Shown: positions 48,972 through 60,050, counted from the stretch's first letter. The stretch is 64,000 nucleotides of DNA from Flavobacteriales bacterium (GCA_002718895.1 PBGD01000002.1:800-64799), one strand, 5' to 3'. Notes: generated from the sequence alone by a model not told the origin. Made by a program: numbers and translations.

Positions 48972-51221
48972 TTGAAAAAGAAGATTCTTATACTAATCAA
49001 AATATTTTTGACACTATCTTCTTGTTACACAACAAAACATATAGAACCTAATCAAACGATATTACAAAAAAACAACATCTTAATAAATAATGAGACAGGA
49101 TTAAATAGCCAAGGAATTTTAAAATCTGATATTAAAACAATTATTAAACAACATCCTAATAAAAAAATTTTAGGTATTATTCCATTTCACTTGTGGTTAT
49201 ATAATCTTAGTAATCCTTTAAAAACAAACTGGACAAACAATTATTTAAGGAAAATTGGAGAAAAACCAGTTGTAATAAATCGAAATTTAATTCAAAAAAG
49301 TGAATTACAGATCAAATCATATCTTGAGAACAACGGTTATTTTAATGCTTCGGTAAAAAGTTTTATTACAAATAAAAAAAATAAATCATATGTTACATAT
49401 GATATAAAACCAAGAACATCATATTTAATAGATCAAATTAATTATAATAATATTAGTGACACTACGATTTTAAATTTAATAAAATCAACAAACAGAAACA
49501 AACATTTGAAGATGGGAGATCGTTTTACTTATTCAATTTTAAATCATGAGATTGAAGAAATTGAAACCATATTAAATAATAACGGATATTTTAAATTTTC
49601 AAAAGACCTAATATATATAAATGCAGATAGTACTATTGATAGAAAAATAAATTTAGATTTTCACATTAAAAATTTAAATAATGATACAAACTATGAAATC
49701 CATACTATTAAAAATATCAATATTTACATTGATGCATCAACTTCTACAAATGACACAATAATGCTTAATGGTTATAATTTTTTTCTTAATGAAGATGCTA
49801 AAAAGAATTTAAAACTTAACAACATAATAGAGTTAATAGATTTTCAAAAAAACCATATATACTCAAAAAAAGAAGTAGAATCTACATATCGAAAACTATC
49901 TGATCTAAGATATTTTAAAAAAATAAATATTGAATTTGAAGAAACAAAAGAAAAATCTGATATTAATTGCAACATTTTTCTAGAAAGTCCAACTCAGATG
50001 TACTACTCACTTGAAACAGAAATCAAAAGATCAGCTGACGAAGGAAACCTAGGTGTCTCAGGATATTTCCAATTTGGAAATAATAATTTATTTTCGGGAG
50101 GCGAAAACTTAAATAGTAAAATAAAATTATCTCTTGAAAATAGATACGATAATTTTGAACAAAATCAGCAAATTTTCAATACAAAAGAAGTATTTTATGA
50201 ACTAAGTCTGAGAATCCCAAAGTTAGTTATTCCAAATAATATCAAACAACAATTAATAAATAGCTATCAAAAAAGTACAAATATTTCCTTTTCAGTATCC
50301 AAACGTCAAAGACCTGATTTTTCTAGCAAAGTTATAAGTCAAAAAATTGGATATTCATGGAGCAACACCGATTTCAAAAAACACCAATTTAATCTATTTG
50401 AGTTAAGTTTTTCTGAGATTAGCTCACTAAATGAATTTATTCAAAATGAGTTATCACAAAACCCATATTTAAGTGAGCAGTTTGAAGACAGATTTATTCC
50501 ATCAACAAACTACATTTTTACTTATAACAATCAAAAAATTTATAAAAATACTAATTACACATTCTTTAAAACTAAAATAGAAACTAGTGGTAATATTATA
50601 TCATCATTAAGCCCTTTAATTAATTTAAATAAAAACGCAGATGATAAATATTTAATTTTCAATAAACCATTTACTCAATACATAAGATTTGATTTAGACT
50701 TTAGAAAATACTTTTATCTTGACTCTGAAAATCAATTAGTTTTTAGAAATTTTATCGGCATTGCTTATGCCCATACAAACTCTGATGAACTACCTATTCA
50801 AAAACAATTTTTTTCTGGTGGTGTTAATAGTGTTAGAGCATGGGAAGCATTTAACTTAGGACCTGGTTCATATGATCAATTAAATAATTATGCTACAGGT
50901 GATATTAAATTAGAATTCAATTTAGAATATAGGTTCAAAGTTATAAATAAAATTAAATCTGCTTTATTTATTGATTCTGGGAATATTTGGTCAATTAAAA
51001 ATGACCCAAGAGAAGGTAGCGTATTTAAATTAAATAAGTTTATAAATGATTTAGCTATAGGATTTGGATATGGCTTCAGATATGATTTTGATTTTTTTAT
51101 AGTTAGATTAGATATAGCTACTAGACTAAAAGACCCCTCTTTTAATCAGGGTAATCAATGGATAAAACAACCTTTTAAGGAAAATTTTCGTTATAATTTA
51201 GCAATAGGTTATCCATTTTAA
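48972..51221 (+). CDS. Omp85 (BamA/TamA) family outer-membrane protein with lipoprotein-type leader (TamL-like)
   Basis: C-terminal surface-antigen barrel (FFSGGVNSVRAW, ending AIGYPF). An internal TTG gives LKKKILILIKIFLTLSSC, a good lipoprotein signal. The ORF track opens at the TTG at 48918. Confidence 0.7.
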   Translation: MKKKILILIKIFLTLSSCYTTKHIEPNQTILQKNNILINNETGLNSQGILKSDIKTIIKQHPNKKILGIIPFHLWLYNLSNPLKTNWTNNYLRKIGEKPVVINRNLIQKSELQIKSYLENNGYFNASVKSFITNKKNKSYVTYDIKPRTSYLIDQINYNNISDTTILNLIKSTNRNKHLKMGDRFTYSILNHEIEEIETILNNNGYFKFSKDLIYINADSTIDRKINLDFHIKNLNNDTNYEIHTIKNINIYIDASTSTNDTIMLNGYNFFLNEDAKKNLKLNNIIELIDFQKNHIYSKKEVESTYRKLSDLRYFKKINIEFEETKEKSDINCNIFLESPTQMYYSLETEIKRSADEGNLGVSGYFQFGNNNLFSGGENLNSKIKLSLENRYDNFEQNQQIFNTKEVFYELSLRIPKLVIPNNIKQQLINSYQKSTNISFSVSKRQRPDFSSKVISQKIGYSWSNTDFKKHQFNLFELSFSEISSLNEFIQNELSQNPYLSEQFEDRFIPSTNYIFTYNNQKIYKNTNYTFFKTKIETSGNIISSLSPLINLNKNADDKYLIFNKPFTQYIRFDLDFRKYFYLDSENQLVFRNFIGIAYAHTNSDELPIQKQFFSGGVNSVRAWEAFNLGPGSYDQLNNYATGDIKLEFNLEYRFKVINKIKSALFIDSGNIWSIKNDPREGSVFKLNKFINDLAIGFGYGFRYDFDFFIVRLDIATRLKDPSFNQGNQWIKQPFKENFRYNLAIGYPF

Positions 51222-51237
51222 ATTAAATTTGAAAAAT

Positions 51238-52230
51238 ATGGAAAATTTAAAAAAAATAGCACAAAAAATGGTAGCAGATGGAAAAGGTATTCTAGCTGCT
51301 GATGAAAGCACACCAACTTGCTCAAATAGATTTAAATCTGTCGGAGTAGAAAGTACTGAAGAATCGAGGAATAATTATAGAAGCCTATTGTTTTCAACAA
51401 AAAATTTAAACAAATATATAAGCGGTGTTATTTTATTCCAAGAAACATTTAATCAGAAACAAAAATCAACTAATCAAACAATACCAGATTACTTAAAAAA
51501 TAATAATATTCTTTCTGGAATAAAGCTTGATACTGGTGCAAAGATTCTTGCAAATCATAGCCCTGAAAAAATTACTGAAGGACTAGATGGTTTAAGAGAA
51601 AAAATTATTGAATATCGCTCAAAGGGAGCATCATTTGCCAAATGGAGGGCAGTTATAACTATTGGAAAAGATATTCCAACTCCAACATGTATAAGTGCAA
51701 ATTGTCATGCATTAGCAAGATATGCGAGTTTGTGTCAAGAAAATGGACTTGTTCCCATAGTAGAACCAGAAGTTTTAATGAATGGAGAACATACAGCAGA
51801 AAAATGTCAAAAAATATCAAATGATACACTAAAAACTCTTTTTCATCAATTAGAACTTTTTAAAGTTGATTTAGAAGCTATAATTCTAAAACCAAATATG
51901 ATACTTCCAGGCGATAAATCTAATCAAAAAATTAGTAATAAAGATATTGCAAAATTAACATTTGATGTTTTATATAAGAACGTACCCCCCACTGTTCCTG
52001 GTATTGCTTTTTTGTCAGGTGGCCAAAGCAGTGATAATGCAACTAAGAGACTTAATGAATTAAATAAATTATACAACAACCATAAACCATGGAGTTTAAC
52101 ATTTTCATATGGCAGAGCTCTTCAAGAAGATGCATTAAAAGAATGGGCAAATAAAAATGAAAAAAAAGCTCAAGACGCATTAATTTACAGAGCAGAAAAA
52201 AATCATTTCGCATCTCTAGGTGAAATTTAA
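51238..52230 (+). CDS. Class I (Schiff-base, muscle-type) fructose-bisphosphate aldolase
   Basis: GILAADESTPT, Schiff-base Lys context ILKPNMILPG, FLSGGQS, SFSYGRALQ. Confidence 0.9.
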   Translation: MENLKKIAQKMVADGKGILAADESTPTCSNRFKSVGVESTEESRNNYRSLLFSTKNLNKYISGVILFQETFNQKQKSTNQTIPDYLKNNNILSGIKLDTGAKILANHSPEKITEGLDGLREKIIEYRSKGASFAKWRAVITIGKDIPTPTCISANCHALARYASLCQENGLVPIVEPEVLMNGEHTAEKCQKISNDTLKTLFHQLELFKVDLEAIILKPNMILPGDKSNQKISNKDIAKLTFDVLYKNVPPTVPGIAFLSGGQSSDNATKRLNELNKLYNNHKPWSLTFSYGRALQEDALKEWANKNEKKAQDALIYRAEKNHFASLGEI

Positions 52231-52252
52231 TTTATAAAGACAATTAATATAT

Positions 52253-53098
52253 ATGGGGTGGTTTAAACGCAAAAATCAGGGGATTTTCACAGAAAGTAAA
52301 GATAAAAAAAATATTCCTGAAGGTCTTTGGTACAAATGTCCAAAATGTAAAACCCTTCTATCAAAAGAAGAACATCAAAATAATTATTGGGTGTGCAAAA
52401 ATTGTGATCACCATGAAAGAATAAATAGTAATAAATATTTCTCTATACTTTTTGATAAAAATAAATATACAGAAATCAATAAAAATTTAACTTCATTAGA
52501 TCCCCTTCAATTTGAAGACACTCAAAAATACAGCGAAAGACTTAAAAACAATATCATTAAAACCAATCTTTCAGAAGCAATTTCTACTGCTTATGGTAAA
52601 GTAAATGGAAAAAATTTGGCAATCGGAGTTATGAATTTTGAATTCATTGGAGGATCTATAAGTTCTGCAGTTGGTGAAAAAATATGCAGATTAATCAAAC
52701 TAGCTATTAAAAAAGAAATGCCACTTTTAATTATTTCTAAATCAGGCGGTGCTCGTATGATGGAAGCTGCATTTTCTCTTATGCAATTAGCGAAAACATC
52801 GGGCTACTTAGGTCTATTAAGTGACGCTAAAATTCCTTACATTTCTCTTTTAACTGACCCAACTTTTGGAGGTGCTACTGCATCGTTTTCAATGTTAGGA
52901 GATATTAATATTGCAGAACCTAAAGCACTCATTGGATTTGCTGGACCGAGAGTCATAAAAGAAACTATTGGGAAAGATTTACCAGAAGGCTTTCAAAGAT
53001 CTGAATTTTTATTAGAAAAAGGTTTTTTAGACTTTATAGTTCATAGAAAAAACCTAAAAGAAAAAATTTCTCATTTTATCAATATGGTATATTATTAG
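52253..53098 (+). CDS. accD: Acetyl-CoA carboxylase carboxyltransferase subunit beta
   Basis: N-terminal zinc ribbon CPKC...C..C. Carboxyltransferase core SGGARMMEA, GFAGPRVI. Confidence 0.92.
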   Translation: MGWFKRKNQGIFTESKDKKNIPEGLWYKCPKCKTLLSKEEHQNNYWVCKNCDHHERINSNKYFSILFDKNKYTEINKNLTSLDPLQFEDTQKYSERLKNNIIKTNLSEAISTAYGKVNGKNLAIGVMNFEFIGGSISSAVGEKICRLIKLAIKKEMPLLIISKSGGARMMEAAFSLMQLAKTSGYLGLLSDAKIPYISLLTDPTFGGATASFSMLGDINIAEPKALIGFAGPRVIKETIGKDLPEGFQRSEFLLEKGFLDFIVHRKNLKEKISHFINMVYY

Positions 53099-53105
53099 CA
53101 TATAG

Positions 53106-53138
53106 TTGATATCTTAAAAAAATAAACACTATATTTGC
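53106..53138 (+). promoter_or_regulatory. Candidate promoter of rpsO-pnp (-33 TTG, 22-nt spacer, -7 TATATTTG)
   Basis: TTG at 53106-53108 and TATATTTG at 53131-53138. About 24 nt upstream of the rpsO ATG at 53162. Confidence 0.4.
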
Positions 53139-53161
53139 CCCTCAAAAAAGTTAAAATATTT

Positions 53162-53431
53162 ATGTATTTAGATTCTAATAAGAAAAAAACAATTTTTAAA
53201 AAATACGGTGATACAGAAAAAAATACTGGCAAATCAGAAAGCCAAATTGCCATTTTCACAGAAAGAATAAATCATTTAACAAATTATCTTAAGGAGAATA
53301 AGAAAGATAAATCAACAAAGAAATCCTTGGTATTATTAGTAGGTAAACGACGTAGAATGCTAGAATATCTAAAAAATAAAGATATAGCAAGATATCGTGA
53401 GATAGTTAAATCATTAAAACTAAGAAAATAA
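53162..53431 (+). CDS. rpsO: 30S ribosomal protein S15
   Basis: 89 aa from MYLDSNKKK. GSESQIAIFTERINHLTNYLKENKKD..S...L..LVGKRRRMLEYL. Confidence 0.93.
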   Translation: MYLDSNKKKTIFKKYGDTEKNTGKSESQIAIFTERINHLTNYLKENKKDKSTKKSLVLLVGKRRRMLEYLKNKDIARYREIVKSLKLRK

Positions 53432-53484
53432 GTATCTTTTCTTTGAAAGATTTTTATTACTTCAACTTATACACTTAAGACAAA

Positions 53485-55599
53485 ATGAAACCAAATATAA
53501 AGACAGTTACAGTTCAACTTGAACAAAATAGAAAAATAGTATTAGAAACAGGTTTATTAGCTAAACAAGCTCATGGCTCATGTGTAGTAAGAATGGGAGA
53601 CACAATGATATTAGCTACTGTAGTCTCTGACTACAATCCAAAAGAAAACATAGACTTCTTGCCACTAAGTGTTGACTACAAAGAAAAGTTTGCAGCCGAT
53701 GGTAGATTTCCTGGTGGCTTTCTTAAACGTGAAGGAAGACCATCAGACCAAGAAATTTTAGGAATGCGATTAGTAGATAGAGTACTAAGGCCTTTATTTC
53801 CTAAAAATTATCACTCTGAAACACAAGTCATGATTCAGCTCATGTCACATGATAGAGATGTTGATCCCCATTCTTTAATTGGACTTGCAGCATCTACCGC
53901 ATTAACTTTATCAGATATACCATTTGAAGGACCAATTTCAGAAGTACGTGTTGGTAGAATTGAAAATAATTTTATAATAAATCCAAATCTTGAACAATTA
54001 GAGCAATCTGATATTGATTTAATGATAGGAGCATCACGTGATTCAGTGATTATGGTGGAAGGAGAGATGAATGAAATATCTGAAAGTGAAATGATTGAAG
54101 CCATTAAATTTGGCCATGAAGCAATTAAGAAACAATGTGATGCACAAGAAGATTTATTAAATCAAATTGAAACTATTAAAAAAAGATCATGTGAAATTAC
54201 AAATTCAAATGAAATAACTTCATCAGTAAATAAATTTTGCTACGATAAAATATATGATATAGCTGGTAAAAAAACTACTAAAAAAGAGCGCACAATTTTA
54301 CTAGAAGAACTCAAAGAAGAACTATTAAACTCTTACGATGAAGAAGAATTAGAAGAAACAAAAGATGAAATTTTAAAAGAATTCTATAATACTCAAAAAT
54401 CTGCTGTAAGAGACTTTATTCTTAATAATCAAATTAGATTAGATGGTAGGAAAACAAATGAAATAAGACCAATATGGTGTGAAGTAGATTATTTACCCAA
54501 AACACATGGATCTGCAATTTTTTCAAGAGGTGAGACACAATCATTAACCACTGTAACACTTGGAACATCTCTTGATGAAAATCGTTTAGATACAGTAACT
54601 CAACAAGGATCTGAAAAATTTTATTTACATTATAATTTTCCACCATTTTCAACAGGTGAAGCTAGAATGAAATTTAGTGTTAGCAGAAGAGAAATTGGTC
54701 ACGGTAATCTTGCTCAAAGAGCATTAAAAGACATGATCAATGAAACTAATCCATACACTATAAGAGTAGTTTCTGAAATACTAGAGTCTAATGGTTCATC
54801 ATCTATGGCAACAGTATGTGCTGGAACCCTTGCACTAATGGATGCTGGAGTAGAAATAATTCGACCAGTTTCGGGTATAGCTATGGGACTTATTACTAAT
54901 GAAGACAATTCAAAATATGCAATACTATCTGATATACTAGGAGACGAAGATTTTTTAGGTGACATGGATTTTAAAGTTACAGGAACATCTAAAGGAATTA
55001 CTGCCTGTCAAATGGATATGAAAGTTAAAGGTTTACCATATAACATCCTAGAAGAAGCACTAGAACAATCTAAGGAAGGTAGATTACATATCTTGGATGA
55101 AATGCTTAAAACAATGTCAGAAAGCAGAACTACACCAAAACCACATTCTCCAAAAATGGTTACTATGACAATACCTAAAGATATGATTGGAGGAATAATA
55201 GGTCCTGGTGGTAAAGTTATTCAAAAAATGCAAGCAGACACAGAAACAACAATTACTATTAATGAAGAAGATAATACTGGAATTGTTGAAATACTTGGAA
55301 CAAACAGCGAAGGAATTGAAAAAGCTCAACAAATTATCAAAGACATTTGTTTTATACCTGAAGTTGGAGAGGTTTATGATGGAATAGTAAAGTCAATTCA
55401 ACCATACGGAGCTTTTGTAGAAATTAAAAAAGGAACTGATGGATTACTACATATATCAGAAATAGAATGGAAAAGATTAGAAAAAGTTGAAGAAGTTTTG
55501 AAAGAAGGTGATAAGTTACAAGTCAAATTAGTAAGTATTGATCAGAAATCTGGAAAATTAAAATTATCTAGAAAAGTTTTACTTCCAAAACCTGAATAA
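53485..55599 (+). CDS. pnp: Polyribonucleotide nucleotidyltransferase (PNPase)
   Basis: Two RNase PH domains, a KH domain ([13 protein letters not shown]) and an S1 domain ([20 protein letters not shown]). 704 aa. Confidence 0.97.
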   Translation: MKPNIKTVTVQLEQNRKIVLETGLLAKQAHGSCVVRMGDTMILATVVSDYNPKENIDFLPLSVDYKEKFAADGRFPGGFLKREGRPSDQEILGMRLVDRVLRPLFPKNYHSETQVMIQLMSHDRDVDPHSLIGLAASTALTLSDIPFEGPISEVRVGRIENNFIINPNLEQLEQSDIDLMIGASRDSVIMVEGEMNEISESEMIEAIKFGHEAIKKQCDAQEDLLNQIETIKKRSCEITNSNEITSSVNKFCYDKIYDIAGKKTTKKERTILLEELKEELLNSYDEEELEETKDEILKEFYNTQKSAVRDFILNNQIRLDGRKTNEIRPIWCEVDYLPKTHGSAIFSRGETQSLTTVTLGTSLDENRLDTVTQQGSEKFYLHYNFPPFSTGEARMKFSVSRREIGHGNLAQRALKDMINETNPYTIRVVSEILESNGSSSMATVCAGTLALMDAGVEIIRPVSGIAMGLITNEDNSKYAILSDILGDEDFLGDMDFKVTGTSKGITACQMDMKVKGLPYNILEEALEQSKEGRLHILDEMLKTMSESRTTPKPHSPKMVTMTIPKDMIGGIIGPGGKVIQKMQADTETTITINEEDNTGIVEILGTNSEGIEKAQQIIKDICFIPEVGEVYDGIVKSIQPYGAFVEIKKGTDGLLHISEIEWKRLEKVEEVLKEGDKLQVKLVSIDQKSGKLKLSRKVLLPKPE

Positions 55600-55626
55600 T
55601 TCCCAACTCAATATATTTTATAAAAT

Positions 55627-56490
55627 ATGAGACAGTTAAAAATAACAAAACAAGTAACAAATAGAGAAACAGCCTCACTTGACAAATATCTTCAAGAAAT
55701 TGGTAAAGTAGATTTAATTTCTGCGGATGAAGAAGTTGAATTAGCAAATAAAATAAAACAAGGCGATGAAATAGCTCTTGAAAAACTTACTAAGGCTAAT
55801 CTTAGATTTGTTGTCTCCGTGGCAAAACAATACCAGAACCAAGGATTATCTTTACCAGATTTAATTAATGAGGGGAATTTAGGGCTTATAAAAGCCGCTA
55901 AAAGATTTGATGAAACTCGTGGGTTTAAATTCATTTCATATGCAGTATGGTGGATTAGACAATCAATCCTTCAAGCATTAGCAGAACAATCAAGAATCGT
56001 TAGGTTGCCATTAAATAAAATTGGTTCAATAAATAAAATTAACAAAACATACGCCTCATTAGAACAAAAATATGAACGTGAGCCATCTGCTGATGAGATA
56101 GCAAATGTTTTAGAAATTAGTGCTAATGATGTAAGAGAATCTCAAAGAAATTCTGGAAGACATATTTCAATGGATGCTCCTCTTGTTGATGGAGAAGATA
56201 GTAATTTATATGATGTTATCATGAGTGGAGAAAGTCCAAACCCAGATGACAATTTAATTAATGATTCTCTTAGAACAGAAATTGAAAGATCATTAACAAC
56301 ACTAACAGATAGAGAAGCAGACGTAATTAGATTATACTTTGGCTTAGGTAGTAAACATGCCATGACTCTAGAAGAGATTGGCGAAAAATTTGATCTAACT
56401 AGAGAAAGAGTTAGACAAATAAAAGAAAAGGGTATCAGAAGATTAAAACATACATCGAGAAGTAAAATATTAAAAACCTATTTAGGTTAA
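55627..56490 (+). CDS. rpoD: Primary RNA polymerase sigma factor (Bacteroidota sigma-A)
   Basis: Region 2 ([42 protein letters not shown]) and region 4.2 ([27 protein letters not shown]). Confidence 0.93.
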   Translation: MRQLKITKQVTNRETASLDKYLQEIGKVDLISADEEVELANKIKQGDEIALEKLTKANLRFVVSVAKQYQNQGLSLPDLINEGNLGLIKAAKRFDETRGFKFISYAVWWIRQSILQALAEQSRIVRLPLNKIGSINKINKTYASLEQKYEREPSADEIANVLEISANDVRESQRNSGRHISMDAPLVDGEDSNLYDVIMSGESPNPDDNLINDSLRTEIERSLTTLTDREADVIRLYFGLGSKHAMTLEEIGEKFDLTRERVRQIKEKGIRRLKHTSRSKILKTYLG

Positions 56491-56492
56491 CG

Positions 56493-57149
56493 ATGAAACA
56501 TCTCATAGCTCCATCAATTTTGGCAGCAGACTTTGGGAATTTAGAGTCAGAAGTTAAGTTAATTAATAATAGTTCTGCTGATTGGTTCCATGTGGATGTT
56601 ATGGATGGACTATTTGTTCCAAACATATCTTTTGGCTCGCCTGTAATTAAATCTATTAAACAACATGCCACAAAACCATTGGATGTACATTTAATGATTG
56701 AAAATCCTGACAGATATATTGAGCACTTTTCTAAATTAGGAGCAGATATACTAACTGTTCATTCAGAAGCTTGTCAACATCTTCACAGAACAGTAAACGC
56801 CATCAAAGAATTTGGGATGAATTCTGGAGTGGCTATAAACCCTCATACACCTATTGAAAATATTTATCATATACTTAGTGAGATTGATTTAGTTTGTATA
56901 ATGTCTGTGAATCCTGGATTTGGTGGACAATCATTTATTGAAAACACCTACGAAAAAGTGAGTAAACTAAAAAAACTAAAAGCACATTTAAACCATTCAT
57001 TTTCTATAGAAATTGATGGCGGTGTAAATTTAGAAAATGCTCAAAAATTAATTAAACATGGAGCCGATGTACTAGTAGCAGGTAGCACTGTTTTTAAATC
57101 TAATGACCCTATAGACACAATTAAAAAACTAAAGAATATAATCGGTTAA
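56493..57149 (+). CDS. rpe: Ribulose-phosphate 3-epimerase
   Basis: PSILAADF, HVDVMDG.FVPN, DVHLM, MSVNPGFGGQSF, IEIDGG. Confidence 0.93.
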   Translation: MKHLIAPSILAADFGNLESEVKLINNSSADWFHVDVMDGLFVPNISFGSPVIKSIKQHATKPLDVHLMIENPDRYIEHFSKLGADILTVHSEACQHLHRTVNAIKEFGMNSGVAINPHTPIENIYHILSEIDLVCIMSVNPGFGGQSFIENTYEKVSKLKKLKAHLNHSFSIEIDGGVNLENAQKLIKHGADVLVAGSTVFKSNDPIDTIKKLKNIIG

Positions 57150-58322
57150 ATATTTGAATTTTTTTGTTAAAGAACCATTCCTTGTAATTGAAGCTCGTTT
57201 AATCACTGAGCCATGGTTTAATAAATCTGGCAACAGATTCTCAATAAATACCTCACCAAAATCTTCTGATGCATCTTTGGGTAAAGAACAAGGTAGATTA
57301 TCAACTGCCATAACCGCAATTACATCATCCTTCATATAGTTATCCTCCGATTTTGAAATTGGATTATAACCATATATTGGATCATTTATTGTAGAAGGCC
57401 TAATAGTTGATGCAATAGGTTCATTTATATCACAACTTATATCTCCAATTACGTTTATACTAAAATTAGTAGACTTTATATCATCATTGCTTAAAATAAC
57501 TGGGTTATTAGGTGCATGATAGTGTCCAGTAATTAAAATTTGTACATTATGACAATAATTTAAAAGAATAGAAGAATATTTTTCTGGAAATTTATAAAAA
57601 TCTGATTTTAGAGATGGAGATCCGTCAGATCTTTTATAATAATCCATTGGTTCTAATTGCGTATATACTGGATAATCATATGTTTTATTGATAAATTTGT
57701 TTTTATTAACAAATTTAATATCCAAAAAATCAAGAATTTCTTTAGCACCACTTGCAACCCGTCCAAGACCAGTTAAAATGATCTTAAAATTTTTGGATAA
57801 TTTAACTTTTTTCAATTCTGATTCTAATTCTAGTTTATTAGATAAATGATGAGCATAATTTAAATCATATACATTATGTTTTTTTCCATAGGCAAGAAAA
57901 GTATTATAACAACCTACAATACCTGCATATCTCCCAAAACCAATTATCCTCTTATTATTTTCATCAACTAGAGTCTCATAATCTACAAGCTGTATCTTTT
58001 GTTTAATAATTTCTTGAAGTAATTTTTTATTATAAGGTTGCTTCTTAATAGTATGAGAAAAAAAGAAAAAGACTTTATTAGGTATGAGCATTTCAACTGG
58101 AACCTCTTTTACGCCCATAATAACATCACACATAGATAAATCTTCACATACCTTAACACCATTTCTTTCATATTCAGAATCTTTAAAACATCTAATAGAG
58201 CTAGATTGAATGAATATTGATATTTTAGGATATTTAAGCATAATGCTCCGACACTGCTTAGGAGAAAATGGAACTCTTTTGTCGGGTGGATTTTTACCTT
58301 CTCTTAATAATCCTATTTGCAT
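57129..58322 (-). CDS. Alanine dehydrogenase/PNT-fold oxidoreductase (lysine-ketoglutarate reductase / saccharopine dehydrogenase-like)
   Basis: N-terminal IGLLREGKNPPDKRVPFSP and FFSHTIKKQPYN resemble the LKR-type family. Rossmann-like TGLGRVASGA. Confidence 0.55.
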   Translation of the reverse strand: MQIGLLREGKNPPDKRVPFSPKQCRSIMLKYPKISIFIQSSSIRCFKDSEYERNGVKVCEDLSMCDVIMGVKEVPVEMLIPNKVFFFFSHTIKKQPYNKKLLQEIIKQKIQLVDYETLVDENNKRIIGFGRYAGIVGCYNTFLAYGKKHNVYDLNYAHHLSNKLELESELKKVKLSKNFKIILTGLGRVASGAKEILDFLDIKFVNKNKFINKTYDYPVYTQLEPMDYYKRSDGSPSLKSDFYKFPEKYSSILLNYCHNVQILITGHYHAPNNPVILSNDDIKSTNFSINVIGDISCDINEPIASTIRPSTINDPIYGYNPISKSEDNYMKDDVIAVMAVDNLPCSLPKDASEDFGEVFIENLLPDLLNHGSVIKRASITRNGSLTKKFKYLTDYIL

Positions 58323-58409
58323 ATGAATTTTAATATTAAAAACAAAATTATAAAATTATAAAGTATTGTGTGTACATTTGTATAAATATAAATGTTCTTT
58401 GAATTTATT

Positions 58410-58770
58410 GGGGATGACCGGCTTTGACAGCAAGTTGAGTTGAATAGTAAGCATGTCGAGTAATTTTATGTTCTCTCGTTAAAAAGTATATAAAGATTTT
58501 TAAATGGCGAGTCTAACTACGCTTTAGCTGCTTAATTAATAATTAAATAGCTTTTGTTCCAGATTTAGGTTAGTTCAACACCTAAAACTAGGAGCATCAT
58601 TAAGTTGAACTAGTTTTAATTTTTTCCTGGAAATTAAAATGAATTAAAACAGGATAAGATAAATTTTGGTTGTGTTATGGCTGAATTTATTCGAAAATCA
58701 AATAACACTAAACATGTAGAAAGTTATCTAACTTCTTGTTTGGACCAGGGTTCGATTCCCTGCATCTCCA
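58410..58770 (+). ncRNA. ssrA: tmRNA (transfer-messenger RNA)
   Basis: 5' GGGGAUGACCGGCUUUGACAG. 3' tRNA-like end GGACCAGGGUUCGAUUCCCUGCAUCUCCA, whose acceptor stem pairs with the 5' end. Internal tag reading frame GESNYALAA-stop at about 58506-58535. Confidence 0.9.
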
Positions 58771-58790
58771 CTTATTAAAATTATTTAAAA

Positions 58791-60050
58791 ATGAAAAAAA
58801 TAATAATACTAATTATACTATCTCCTTTGTTTACTCTTTCCCAAAAATGTGGTTTTGAAAATTTGATTAACTCAAAAAAAAACCATCCTCACTTCCTAAA
58901 CCAATATAATAAAATCTATAATGAAGCAGTTAACAGATTATCAAATACTACAGAAACTTTCTATATTCCTGTAGTATTTCATATTGTATATAATTCTGAA
59001 ACACAAAATTTACCTGACTCAGTTATTTTTTCTCAAATTGAAGTGTTAAATGAAGATTATAGAAGATTAAATGAAAATGCTTCTCAAACAAGAGAAGAAT
59101 TCCTAGAATTTGCAGGTGACCCAAATATTGAATTTTTTTTAGCTGATATAGATCCTAATGGCAATCCTACTAATGGTATAGTTCGTAGATACACTGACAG
59201 ATCAGAGTTTTTAATGTTTGAAGATTTTCTATCAAATGAACTTACTATTGATGAAGTGAAATCAACTGATTTAGGGGGATCTGATGCTTGGGACACAAAT
59301 AAATATTTAAATATATGGGTATGTAATATTGGCATTTTAGAGATAATTGGTTTAGAGTTAGGTCAAGTATTTGGTTATGCCTATCCACCCGTTAATATTG
59401 ATGAAGCATTAATAGAATTAAGTGCCTCACAATCTGTACCAGATTGGCCGGTAGATATGTTAACAAATGATCAAAATCTCCAAGGTGTAGTCTTGCATTA
59501 TACTACAGTAGGACGCAATAATCCATCTGCAAATGATGATGGTATGAGTGAAAATAATCAAGGAAAAACAGCCGTGCATGAAATAGGTCATTATTTAGGA
59601 CTAAGACATACTTGGGGCGACTCAACTCCATTTTTTGGACCAGATGGATGCTCCTTAGATGATGGAATAACTGATACTCCAAACGCTCAAGATCAAGCAG
59701 GATATGTTTGTGACTTTAATAAAAATACTTGCTCAGGTGATACATTTGGGTCTAGTGGTGAAGACCTTCCTGACATGGTAGAAAACTACATGGACTACAG
59801 TCCAGATGCATGTCTTAATATGTTTACAAATGGGCAAATTAATGTTATGCGAAATGTATTAGAAATAGCCAGAACTGAACTAATCAATGATGACAATTCC
59901 ATCAACATATGTCAAAATTCATTTAATTTAGATGAAAAACTAATAAATACTATAGATATACTTGGAAGAGTAACAAATCAAAAAGGATTAAATATTAAAA
60001 TATATAGTAATGGATTAAGCAAAAAAGAATATCTACATACATCTAATTAG
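58791..60050 (+). CDS. Secreted M43 (cytophagalysin/pappalysin-type) zinc metalloprotease with short C-terminal tail motif
   Basis: Signal peptide. Zinc site HEIGHYLGLRHTWGD. Tail TIDILGRVTNQKGLNIKIYSNGLSKKEY. Confidence 0.8.
   Translation: MKKIIILIILSPLFTLSQKCGFENLINSKKNHPHFLNQYNKIYNEAVNRLSNTTETFYIPVVFHIVYNSETQNLPDSVIFSQIEVLNEDYRRLNENASQTREEFLEFAGDPNIEFFLADIDPNGNPTNGIVRRYTDRSEFLMFEDFLSNELTIDEVKSTDLGGSDAWDTNKYLNIWVCNIGILEIIGLELGQVFGYAYPPVNIDEALIELSASQSVPDWPVDMLTNDQNLQGVVLHYTTVGRNNPSANDDGMSENNQGKTAVHEIGHYLGLRHTWGDSTPFFGPDGCSLDDGITDTPNAQDQAGYVCDFNKNTCSGDTFGSSGEDLPDMVENYMDYSPDACLNMFTNGQINVMRNVLEIARTELINDDNSINICQNSFNLDEKLINTIDILGRVTNQKGLNIKIYSNGLSKKEYLHTSN

Noticed and set aside
48918-48972. Apparent 55-nt divergent overlap of the 5' ends of the TrmH gene and the Omp85 gene in the ORF track.
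   Set aside because: Both maximal ORFs are probably over-extended. Internal starts (ATG at 48927 for TrmH, TTG at 48972 giving a lipoprotein leader for Omp85) remove the overlap.
53135-53161. TTG-initiated 9-codon N-terminal extension of rpsO given by the ORF track.
   Set aside because: The TTG lies inside the candidate -7 promoter box TATATTTG. S15 homology begins at the ATG at 53162 (MYLDSNKKK), which gives the usual 89 aa.
53434-53455. Hairpin ATCTTT-TCTTTG-AAAGAT followed by TTTTATT between rpsO and pnp, a possible attenuator or processing site as in enterobacterial rpsO-pnp.
   Set aside because: The stem is only 6 bp with a single G-C pair, too weak to call a terminator from sequence alone. 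Kept as a note only.
58373-58380. TACATTTG (TAnnTTTG match) about 30 nt upstream of tmRNA as its promoter -7 box.
   Set aside because: The distance to the mature 5' end requires an unverified processed leader, and no -33 TTG sits at proper spacing. Too speculative to list as a feature.
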